NCBI GenBank assembly: GCA_040326155.1
Contig: JBEQLE010000027.1
Span: forward strand, 1-44,700
Length of the DNA stretch: 44,700 bases
Direction of reading: 5' to 3'
Origin: Leptospirales bacterium
GTDB taxonomy: Bacteria > Spirochaetota > Leptospiria > Turneriellales > JAOUFE01
The notes under the pieces were generated by a model that did not search any database, was not told the origin of the DNA, and saw only the letters and a program-made list of their open reading frames with translations. Positions 18,486 through 27,089 of this stretch are shown piece by piece; the stretch's first letter is position 1; each line of letters starts with the position of its first letter. A program made the position numbers and the translations under genes.

Positions 18486-18501
18486 AAGGGTTCAGTGAAA
18501 T

Positions 18502-18870
18502 ATGGAAAATGAAATTGTAGAGATACTTAAAGCCAAAGAAATTGAAATGGACAAGTTGATTGACGGGGCTAAAGAGCAGGCCGCTCAGTTGTTGGCTGAG
18601 GCTGAGAAAAAGTATAAAATAACGAAAGAGGATATTCTGTCGAAGCTTGATGGCGAAGCGGAAAAACTTCGCGCCCAAGAGCAGGAAAAACTTGCTTTGG
18701 AATTTGAAGCTCTGAAAACGGAGAACGGTAAAAAGATATCCGGGGTCAATGAACTATTTAAGAAGAATAAAACCAAGGCAGTTGAACATGTGGTCAATCG
18801 CTTATTGGAGGTAATTCTTGATCAAGAAGATGACAAAACTTCAGATCGTCGGGCCGAAAACCAGGCTTGA
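18502..18870 (+). CDS. A/V-type ATP synthase subunit H/G (peripheral stalk)
   Basis: Charged coiled coil (EILKAKEIEMDKLIDGAKEQAAQLLAEAEK). First gene of the operon. Confidence 0.7.
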   Translation: MENEIVEILKAKEIEMDKLIDGAKEQAAQLLAEAEKKYKITKEDILSKLDGEAEKLRAQEQEKLALEFEALKTENGKKISGVNELFKKNKTKAVEHVVNRLLEVILDQEDDKTSDRRAENQA

Positions 18871-20695
18871 CGGATGCATTAAGACCCTCCATAAGCTTTC
18901 CGTGCTGCACATTGAGCCGGTCTCTTTAAAAGGGCTTGATGATAATGTGACGCATATACCGATTGAAGAAGAGAAGCTCGAAAAGAGGACTGTTCTGGAG
19001 CAAACTTTTGAGAAAGTCAAAAACCTGCTTTTTATGCTGCCCGCAGCTTCGGAACCTCTGCCCCTGAACGGCTCTGAAACGCTGGACGATGTCTCCCTTG
19101 AAGTTGAATATATTGATACGAAAATTCACGCTCTCTTTTTGGAAAAGGAAGATCTGGAAGAAGAGATTCATCATTTGAAAGACTATGAGCAACTGCTGGC
19201 GGGTTTTGTACCGATCGCTTCGGAACTCGGTGGTCTGAAAAATTATGAAATTATGGGCCTTACTGTTGATACAAAACGGACCAATGTTATCTCACTTCTG
19301 GAAAAAGAGGTCGATAAAATTACCGATGGAAAATATGAAATACATACAAGCCCACTGAATTCGACGACGACTGGTTTGGTGTTGGCTGTCTCTTTAAAGG
19401 AAGCTGCCGGGGTTCGACGACTTTTTTTTGGCGAGGGTATTCAAGAGTTGAAACTTCCGACTGAGTACGAAGATCAACCACTTCTAAAGGCCATTTCCGG
19501 AATGGCGAAACGCGAGAAGGAAGCTTCGCTACGCATGATTGAAGTAAAAAACGAACTGAATTATATTGCCAACGAGTGGCAACGAAAGCTGGAGTGGGCC
19601 GAACGGGAGTCTAAAAACGAACTCGATGAAATCGCGGCTCTACGCCATTTTGCCCAGACCCGTTACTGTTTTATTATCGAAGGGTGGATTCCCGTAGATA
19701 GTTTTCCCAAGGTGAAAAAAGAGATGAATCTTGAATATGGCGATACCGTTCTTGTGAAAGAGCTGGAATTTTCGGATGAGGATAGAGTTCAGGCTCCCGT
19801 CCATATTCAAAATCGTCGCTGGATAAAACCCTTTGAAGTTTTTTTAAGAGCCCTGCCTACCCCGAAATATGGCACCGTTGACCCCACACCTTTAATCGCT
19901 TTTTTCTTTCCCGCTTTTTTCGGTATTATTGTAGGGGATATGGGCTATGGACTTATTATTGCCTCACTCGGACTGTTTATGCGCTATAAGCTTCGAAATA
20001 AAGAGGTAATGCGTGACTTGATGAGTGTTTTTGTCGCCTGCGGCGTATCGGCCTTTTTCTTTGGACTGCTGTTTGGGGAACTTTTCGGAACGCTCGGTGA
20101 AGATCTTCATCTGGTTCATCCTCTCTGGTTTGACCGACTGAAGGGTATTAAATCTTTTCTCGTTATTTCGCTTGGTATCGGCGTTGGGCATGTTTTGTTT
20201 GGTATTTTAATCGGCCTTTACAGTAAATTAAAGCAAAAACACTTTAAAGAAGCTGGAGTGAAGTTTTTATTTCTGGTTTTGACTGTTTCGTTTATTGTTT
20301 TAATGCTGGCGCTGTTTAAACAGATACCAACCACGGTGGTTACGCCGGTTTTCAGCCTTTTTATTGCCATTTTAATTACTTTGATTGTACTCGAAGGGGT
20401 GCTTGGTATAGTCGAATTTGTGGAGGCGATTAGTAATATTTTATCCTATGTACGTATTATGGCTATTGGGGCCTCTTCTGTTATTCTGGCTCTGGTGGCA
20501 AATAAAGTAGGCGAAGCCATGGGAAATATCGTTATTGGAATAATAGTTGCCGCCTTAATTCACATCATGAATATAATCATTAGTTTGATGAGCCCCACGA
20601 TACAGTCGATGAGACTGCAATATGTGGAGTTTCTGGGTAAATTCTACGAAGATGGTGGAAAACCTTATGCGCCTTTTAAAAATGACACAAAATAA
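18818..20695 (+). CDS. atpI: A/V-type ATP synthase subunit I (a)
   Basis: GWIP, PKYGTVDPTP..FFP.FFG...GD.GYG, SNILSYVRIMAIG (essential Arg), RLQYVEF..KFY. GGAGG precedes the TTG start. Confidence 0.95.
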   Translation: MIKKMTKLQIVGPKTRLDGCIKTLHKLSVLHIEPVSLKGLDDNVTHIPIEEEKLEKRTVLEQTFEKVKNLLFMLPAASEPLPLNGSETLDDVSLEVEYIDTKIHALFLEKEDLEEEIHHLKDYEQLLAGFVPIASELGGLKNYEIMGLTVDTKRTNVISLLEKEVDKITDGKYEIHTSPLNSTTTGLVLAVSLKEAAGVRRLFFGEGIQELKLPTEYEDQPLLKAISGMAKREKEASLRMIEVKNELNYIANEWQRKLEWAERESKNELDEIAALRHFAQTRYCFIIEGWIPVDSFPKVKKEMNLEYGDTVLVKELEFSDEDRVQAPVHIQNRRWIKPFEVFLRALPTPKYGTVDPTPLIAFFFPAFFGIIVGDMGYGLIIASLGLFMRYKLRNKEVMRDLMSVFVACGVSAFFFGLLFGELFGTLGEDLHLVHPLWFDRLKGIKSFLVISLGIGVGHVLFGILIGLYSKLKQKHFKEAGVKFLFLVLTVSFIVLMLALFKQIPTTVVTPVFSLFIAILITLIVLEGVLGIVEFVEAISNILSYVRIMAIGASSVILALVANKVGEAMGNIVIGIIVAALIHIMNIIISLMSPTIQSMRLQYVEFLGKFYEDGGKPYAPFKNDTK

Positions 20696-20719
20696 AACGA
20701 TTTAACACGGAGAGAAAAT

Positions 20720-20995
20720 ATGAGTTTAGAAATAGATGTAAACACTGCTGCAGAAGCTGCTGCAAACGCTGCTAAGCATTGGAAAACTGCTTTAATCGCT
20801 GTAGCTGCTGCCATGGCGGTGGCTATACCGGCTCTGGCTACGGCCTGGGCTCAAAGTAAAATTGGTTCGGCTGGTTTAGGCGCTCTTGCCGAAAGGCCCG
20901 ACCTTCGAGGCGTTGTTATTATTCTTGTCGCAATTCCTGAAACCATGGTAATTATCGGTTTTGCCGTGGCGTATTTGATTATCGATAAAATGTAG
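20720..20995 (+). CDS. atpK: A/V-type ATP synthase subunit K (c, single hairpin)
   Basis: TAWAQSKIGSAG.GALAE and IPETMVIIGF with the conserved Glu. Confidence 0.95.
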   Translation: MSLEIDVNTAAEAAANAAKHWKTALIAVAAAMAVAIPALATAWAQSKIGSAGLGALAERPDLRGVVIILVAIPETMVIIGFAVAYLIIDKM

Positions 20996-21015
20996 CCAAC
21001 GGACAACTTCGTATT

Positions 21016-21606
21016 ATGGGACACGAAAAACTGGTCGAAGCCCTTCAGGCTGAAACGGCTGAAACGGCTGAAAAAATTATCAGTGACGCTAAAAAAAAGG
21101 CGGATGATTTAATTCGAAATGCCGCAGCCGACGCTGAAAAGTTGAGAGAACATAAACTTGGTGCCATTGCCCTTGAAGTTGAGCGGGAGAATACGGCCCA
21201 AAAGAATGGGTTGGTTTCCTCGTTGAAAGGCGATCTGAATTCCGCCAAATACTCTCTTATGGAAGAAACTTTTTCTGAAGTTTTATTGGAGATAAAGAAT
21301 CTTCCCGAAGAAAAATACCGTGAGGCTTTGACGGTTCTTTTTGACAGTTTGTTACACCATACGCGCGCCTATGAGAAAGGGAATATTTACGTAGATTCCA
21401 ATGCCGCGCAAATTATAAACAGTTATGCTACGTCAAAAAAAGTTGACCTGCAAAAAGTGGAACCACCGAATAATCTTAGTTCCGGGTTTTTATTTATTTC
21501 CAGCGATGAGAAAATTAAAGCGGAAAGTTCTTTCGGGTCGGCGCTGCAAACATTAAAACCAAACCTGGTTATTGAACTGAAGGAGCTGTTGTTCGGTGAA
21601 TTATAG
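21016..21606 (+). CDS. atpE: A/V-type ATP synthase subunit E
   Basis: MG.EKL..AL..E coiled coil, C-terminal GFLFIS...LF. Operon position. Confidence 0.85.
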   Translation: MGHEKLVEALQAETAETAEKIISDAKKKADDLIRNAAADAEKLREHKLGAIALEVERENTAQKNGLVSSLKGDLNSAKYSLMEETFSEVLLEIKNLPEEKYREALTVLFDSLLHHTRAYEKGNIYVDSNAAQIINSYATSKKVDLQKVEPPNNLSSGFLFISSDEKIKAESSFGSALQTLKPNLVIELKELLFGEL

Positions 21607-22696
21607 CTATTTAATTGCCCGGTTGCGAGCTCGCAAGTCAGAACTCTTTCAAAAAAAAGAGTATGAGAATATTATGGCAGCGCAGACAGTTGTTCAAATG
21701 AGAGACTTTCTTCGTGTCAGCTCTTATGGACCGTACATTGAAGCGGCCTCCCTTCGATATCCTGACCCCGAAGAGACAATTCTATACGCTTTGCGCCAGC
21801 ACACCATTAAGTTATTTCAATTTATTTGGACTCATAAACCAAAAAATGACGAACAAAGTATTAAATTCTTGTTTTCAAAATGGGAACTTTTTAATCTGAA
21901 AACTATTTTGCGCGGAATTCACAAAGGTGTGCACGCTGACATTTTAAAAGAAAAATTAATACCCGCCGGTGAATTTACGGAACGCAGGTTGAACGACCTT
22001 TCTGTACAACCCGACCTTGCCTCCGTGGTGAGTTACCTGATTAGCGCCGGAAGTCCATATGGGCGTGGACTCGAACAGTGTATGGAACACTTTGAGAAAT
22101 CTGGCCATTTTCGCGATCTTGAAATTGATTTGGACCGTTTCGTGTTTTTCTATTTTCAGAGCAAGCTGAAGAAAAGAGGCGAAAGTGGAAAAGCGACTTC
22201 AGGCTTAGGCCGTTTGCGAATTGACATAGTAAATATTTTAACGCTAATGAAAAACATTGGTGAAATTCAGGTTGATTCCCAGCACACCATGATAAAACAC
22301 AAAGTGAGAGAAGAACAATTTATTGAGGGCGGGGGACGTCTAAAGAAAGAAAAATTTCTGGACCTTTTAAAAGGAACCTCCCTGGATGAGCTGCTGAGAA
22401 AATTAAGCGATGTATTGAGAGACCCTAAGTTCAGTGAATTTTTACTGGATACTGACCCTGATGATTTAACGCTAACGGAAGAACGGTTTGAAGATTTTAT
22501 TGAAAAATTTCTGTTTCGACATGCGTTGCAAGACCCTTCCGGGTTTTATTTTACATCGTCTTTTTTATATATGAAAATGAGGGAAGTTAAAAACCTCAGA
22601 TTGATTTTGTCCAGTGTTAAGTATAAATTGAACATCGATGATGTCAGGTCGCATCTTTTTTACCCCCTGGTTGATTCGGAGAAAAGAAGCGCATAA
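21596..22696 (+). CDS. atpC: A/V-type ATP synthase subunit C (d)
   Basis: YSYLIARLRARKS.L, NLKTILRG, EVKNLRLI. Confidence 0.9.
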   Translation: MNYSYLIARLRARKSELFQKKEYENIMAAQTVVQMRDFLRVSSYGPYIEAASLRYPDPEETILYALRQHTIKLFQFIWTHKPKNDEQSIKFLFSKWELFNLKTILRGIHKGVHADILKEKLIPAGEFTERRLNDLSVQPDLASVVSYLISAGSPYGRGLEQCMEHFEKSGHFRDLEIDLDRFVFFYFQSKLKKRGESGKATSGLGRLRIDIVNILTLMKNIGEIQVDSQHTMIKHKVREEQFIEGGGRLKKEKFLDLLKGTSLDELLRKLSDVLRDPKFSEFLLDTDPDDLTLTEERFEDFIEKFLFRHALQDPSGFYFTSSFLYMKMREVKNLRLILSSVKYKLNIDDVRSHLFYPLVDSEKRSA

Positions 22697-22699
22697 TTT

Positions 22700-23026
22700 A
22701 TGGCTGAAGTAATTGTTATAACTACTCCGGGTAAAAACCTCGGTTTTGAACTGGCGGGGTTTGATACAATTACGATCGAGGAAGTGGAAGCGACGGAAAC
22801 GATTGATCAAATTTCCAGCGATGAAAAATACGGACTCGTGTGCATAGAAGAAAAACTTTATATGGCGGTTAAAAAAGACATAGCCGAAAGAATTCGAAAA
22901 AAAGGATTACCGGTAGTTATGCCTTTGCATATTCCCGATACGTTTGCAGAGACGAGCGCCAGAGAAGGCCATATTGCTCGTCTAATACGAAGAACCATCG
23001 GATACCAGGTAAAATTAAAAAAGTAA
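22700..23026 (+). CDS. atpF: A/V-type ATP synthase subunit F
   Basis: LGFELAG, LPVV..L..P, IRRTIG. Confidence 0.9.
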   Translation: MAEVIVITTPGKNLGFELAGFDTITIEEVEATETIDQISSDEKYGLVCIEEKLYMAVKKDIAERIRKKGLPVVMPLHIPDTFAETSAREGHIARLIRRTIGYQVKLKK

Positions 23027-23041
23027 AATGAAACAGGTAAC

Positions 23042-24793
23042 ATGGAATTAAAAGGAAGAATTAAAGGTATTTCGGGGCCTACGGTCATTGTCGAAGGGTT
23101 GGACGGGGCCGTAATGCATACGACTTGTCTTGTCGGCGAAGGCCAATTATTAGGCGAAATTATTCGTATTGAAGGCAAGACTGCTACATTGCAGGTTTAT
23201 GAAGATACTACGGGTTTAAGAGCGGGAGAGCCGGTCACCAGTTTCAATAAACCGTTAATGGTAAAACTCGGGCCGGGACTTTTGCAGGGTACTTTTGACG
23301 GTGTTCAAAGGCCGTTGCCTGGTTTGGCAAAAATTTCAGGTTCGTTTATTCAAAAAGGGGTAACGCTCGATGCTCTGGACCCGGATATAAAATGGGACTT
23401 TGAAGCCACCGTAAAAAAAGGCGATGAACTTACCGGCGGCGACATTATCGGAACCGTACAAGAGACAGAAAGTATAGTTCATAAAGTAATGATACCACCC
23501 GGAATTTCGGGTAAGGTAGAAAAAATAGAATCCGGTTCTTTTACCGTCAATGATGATATATGTAAAATACAAACAAAAGAGGGCAACACGAAAGCCATAC
23601 AGATGGCGCAAGAGTGGCCGGTACGTTACCCTCGACCTTTTGAAAAAAAGCTGCCTCATACTTCGCCGTTTATTACCGGACAAAGAATTTTTGATACTCT
23701 GTTTCCGGTGGCCGAAGGCGGAGCTGCTGTTGTACCCGGAGGGTTTGGAACGGGAAAGACAATTGTACAACACTCTATCGCCATGTACTCTGTTACCGAC
23801 ATTGTGGTTTTTATTGGGTGTGGTGAACGTGGCAATGAAATTACCGAAATTCTGACAGAGTTTCCTAAGTTGAAAGACCCGCAGACGGGGTTTTCTTTAA
23901 GCGCTCGTACGATTATTATTGTAAACACATCGAACATGCCTGTTGCAGCCCGGGAGTCTTCTATTTTTACCGGAATGACGATAGCAGAATATTACCGAGA
24001 CATGGGTTATCGTGTCGCGCTGATGGCCGACTCACTTTCACGCTGGGCAGAAGCGTTGCGAGAAATTTCTTCTCGTTTAGAAGAGATGCCGGGCGAAGAA
24101 GGGTTTCCCACTTACCTTGCTTCTAAAATGGGTTCTTTTTATGAAAGGGCGGGAAGAATAGACTGTCTTGGTCAGGACCGACAAGGGTCCGTAACTCTAA
24201 TTTCTGCAATTTCACCTCCGGGTGGCGACTTTGCTGAACCTGTAACACAATCGTCCATGCGATTTGCCGGAGCGCTTTGGGCGCTTGATAAAGACCTTGC
24301 GAATAAAAGGCATTTTCCTGCGGTAGACTGGCAACGAAGTTTCAGCTTGTATCGGAGCAGTTTAAGCAAATGGTATAAAGAAGAAGTAGCGGAAGATATG
24401 AGTGAGTTAATTCACAGCCTCGAAACGCTCTTACAAAAAGATGCAAAACTTCAAGAGATTATACAGGTAATTGGCGTCGACGCTTTGCAAGAGAGTGACC
24501 GAATGACACTTGAGGTTGCTTCGATCGCGCGCGAGGTTTTTTTACGACAAAGCGCTTTTATACCCTCGGACGCTTTTGCTACTTTTGAAAAACAGTATTG
24601 GATGCTGAAAGTGATATTTACCTTTTTAGTGCATGCGGAAAAAAGTCTGACCGATGGTATTTACATTGACCGGATATTAGCATTGCCGGTGAAAGGAAAA
24701 ATGATGGAGATGCAATACATTGAAAACGAGAATTTTAAAGAGAGTGCACAGAACATAATAAAAGACATTGAGCGAATGTTCGGAGAATTTTAA
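23042..24793 (+). CDS. atpA: A/V-type ATP synthase subunit A
   Basis: WPVR.PRP, P-loop GGFGTGKT, GCGERGNE, NTSNMPVAARE, SRWAEALREIS. Confidence 0.97.
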   Translation: MELKGRIKGISGPTVIVEGLDGAVMHTTCLVGEGQLLGEIIRIEGKTATLQVYEDTTGLRAGEPVTSFNKPLMVKLGPGLLQGTFDGVQRPLPGLAKISGSFIQKGVTLDALDPDIKWDFEATVKKGDELTGGDIIGTVQETESIVHKVMIPPGISGKVEKIESGSFTVNDDICKIQTKEGNTKAIQMAQEWPVRYPRPFEKKLPHTSPFITGQRIFDTLFPVAEGGAAVVPGGFGTGKTIVQHSIAMYSVTDIVVFIGCGERGNEITEILTEFPKLKDPQTGFSLSARTIIIVNTSNMPVAARESSIFTGMTIAEYYRDMGYRVALMADSLSRWAEALREISSRLEEMPGEEGFPTYLASKMGSFYERAGRIDCLGQDRQGSVTLISAISPPGGDFAEPVTQSSMRFAGALWALDKDLANKRHFPAVDWQRSFSLYRSSLSKWYKEEVAEDMSELIHSLETLLQKDAKLQEIIQVIGVDALQESDRMTLEVASIAREVFLRQSAFIPSDAFATFEKQYWMLKVIFTFLVHAEKSLTDGIYIDRILALPVKGKMMEMQYIENENFKESAQNIIKDIERMFGEF

Positions 24794-24794
24794 A

Positions 24795-26144
24795 TTGGAC
24801 TATATACGAAAAGAATACAAAACCATCGACTCGATTACGGGTCCCCTGATTTTGCTGACGCAAACTTCCGGACTTACATTTGGAGAGCTGTGTAAAGTAC
24901 GGCTTGCTTCGGGTGAAGAAAAAAACGGCCAGGTGTTAAAAATTGATGAAGACAGAGCCGTCATACAAGTACTCGAAGGGACCGATGGACTCGATACCAA
25001 AAGTGGTACTGTTTTTCCTCTTGGCAGGGTTCCTGATATCGGCGTCAGTGTCGAGATGCTGGGAAGAACTTTTAATGGAATGGGCGAACCCATTGACGGC
25101 TACGGGCCCGTGCTTCCCGATAAATATCTTGAAATTAACGGGTTGCCGATAAACCCTGAACGAAGAGATAAACCGGATGACTTTATTGAAACGGGAATTT
25201 CAGCCATCGATTGTCTAAATACACTTGTTCGCGGACAAAAACTGCCCATTTTTTCGATGTCGGGTTTGCCTGCAAATGAACTTGCATTGCAAATTGTGAA
25301 ACAATCCAGAATTGAGAGCGGGGAAAGTTTCAGCGTTGTTTTTGGGGCCATTGGAATTACACATCGAGAAGCGGAATTTTTTCGCAAAGGACTTTCCGAA
25401 GCCGGCGTAATGGATAGAACCGTCTCTTTAATCAACCTGGCAAATGACCCTGCCATTGAAAGATTGTTTACACCAAGAATTGCTATGAGCATAGCCGAGT
25501 ATCTTGCCTTTGAAAAAGGGTACCAGGTGATGGTTGTGCTAACCGACATAACGGCTTACGCAGAGGCATTGCGTGAAATCGGCAGCGCCCGCGAAGAGAT
25601 ACCCGGAAGACGTAGTTACCCCGGTTATATGTATACCGATTTGGCCGGACTATACGAAAGAGCCGGACGAATAAAAGGCAAAAAAGGTTCGGTAACAGTA
25701 TTGCCTATTTTGACGATGCCAGAAGACGATATTACCCATCCCATTCCGGACCTGACGGGTTATATTACCGAAGGGCAAATTGTATTGAGCCGAGAGTTGA
25801 ACCACCAGGGAGTGTATCCGCCGATCGATGTTTTACCGAGCCTTTCTCGACTTATGAACATGGGTATTGGAGAAGGAAAAACCATACCGGAACACCGGGC
25901 TTATTCCGACCAGTTGTACTCTTCTTATGCGCGGGGGCGAGAAGTGCGAAGACTTGTTTCCATTGTTGGCGCCGAGGGCCTAACCGAGATTGACCGAAAG
26001 TACCTGCATTTTGCAGACCTGTTTGAATACCAGTTTGTGGGGCATGGACAATCTGGTCGTACAATTTTTGAGAGTTTTGACAAAGCAAAAGAGATACTCG
26101 AAACGCTACCGGAGTCAGAGTTAATTCGCCTGAAGCATTCCTAA
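24795..26144 (+). CDS. atpB: A/V-type ATP synthase subunit B
   Basis: TLVRGQKLPIFS, NLANDP.IER, PGRRSYPGYMYTDL, THPIPDLTGYITEGQ. GGAG at 24782 favours TTG 24795 (ORF open from 24768). Confidence 0.97.
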   Translation: MDYIRKEYKTIDSITGPLILLTQTSGLTFGELCKVRLASGEEKNGQVLKIDEDRAVIQVLEGTDGLDTKSGTVFPLGRVPDIGVSVEMLGRTFNGMGEPIDGYGPVLPDKYLEINGLPINPERRDKPDDFIETGISAIDCLNTLVRGQKLPIFSMSGLPANELALQIVKQSRIESGESFSVVFGAIGITHREAEFFRKGLSEAGVMDRTVSLINLANDPAIERLFTPRIAMSIAEYLAFEKGYQVMVVLTDITAYAEALREIGSAREEIPGRRSYPGYMYTDLAGLYERAGRIKGKKGSVTVLPILTMPEDDITHPIPDLTGYITEGQIVLSRELNHQGVYPPIDVLPSLSRLMNMGIGEGKTIPEHRAYSDQLYSSYARGREVRRLVSIVGAEGLTEIDRKYLHFADLFEYQFVGHGQSGRTIFESFDKAKEILETLPESELIRLKHS

Positions 26145-26162
26145 CTATAGAAAAGTATTATT

Positions 26163-26798
26163 ATGGAAAAAACAACGCCCACACGCAATAACCTGATGAG
26201 ACTGAAAACGATGCGTAGCATTGTTATAAACGGCAGGGAAATTCTAAAAAACAGACGAGAATCTCTTTTGAAAGAGTTCTTTCAACTAATTGATGAATGT
26301 ATGGAAGAGGAAGTAGAGCTTGACCGAAAAATTTCGCGAGCGACGAAAACTCTGGAGTTTGCAAAAGCGATGAACCTGGATGATCTTACATCATTAAGTA
26401 TAATTGAAAAAAGGGATTTTTACATCGATGTAGAGCAAAAACATATCTGGGGAGTCAATGTTCCCGAAATAAAAGAAAAACCGGTAGTGCGCAGCCTGGA
26501 AGCCAGAGAGATTTCACCCATTGTAGAAAATGGATCGAGCATTGCCGTAACCAGACAATATGAAGAAGTCATGGAACAGGTCATTAAGATGGCTTCCAAA
26601 GAGACAAGGTTAAATCGCCTCGGAGAGATGATACGACTCGATTCTCGAAAAATAAATGCTTTAGGCGAAATAATGATACCTTCCATTCAAAAAAGAATAA
26701 AAGAGATGAACCGAATTTTCGAAGAACGCGAAAAAGAAGATATTCTACGTTTGAAGTGGTTTAAAGACAAGCGGCAACGAAAACAAAAAGAATCTTAG
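26163..26798 (+). CDS. atpD: A/V-type ATP synthase subunit D
   Basis: PTR.NL..LK, LK.RR..L..EF, I.GV.VP, RKINAL, EEREKED..RLK. Confidence 0.93.
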   Translation: MEKTTPTRNNLMRLKTMRSIVINGREILKNRRESLLKEFFQLIDECMEEEVELDRKISRATKTLEFAKAMNLDDLTSLSIIEKRDFYIDVEQKHIWGVNVPEIKEKPVVRSLEAREISPIVENGSSIAVTRQYEEVMEQVIKMASKETRLNRLGEMIRLDSRKINALGEIMIPSIQKRIKEMNRIFEEREKEDILRLKWFKDKRQRKQKES

Positions 26799-26863
26799 TT
26801 TTTCGAGGGCAGCCATCCGTGCAAAAACACTTGACGGTCTATCTCTTAAATCGAAAATTAACA

Positions 26864-27064
26864 TTGGTAATTTATCGCTTCCATTTTGTAAAGGTTTGAA
26901 CGACAGAAGTGTTTAACCGATTGCCAACAAGGTCTGACAATTCCAATTGCGGTCTTTTCTCGGGAGTCTCCTTCCGAATAGCCATATGGGTATACCGTCG
27001 TCTGAATCGCAGAGTGACTTCCTCATCGTGAGCGGGGACTTGAGAAGGCCATAACATTTGGCTG
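26864..27064 (+). ncRNA. Structured gltB leader (candidate cis-regulatory RNA)
   Basis: Nested stems with G-U pairs on the + strand, downstream of a putative promoter (TTGACG 26831). See findings. Confidence 0.5.
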
Positions 27065-27089
27065 CCCCCGAAACGCTAGATAAAGAAAT

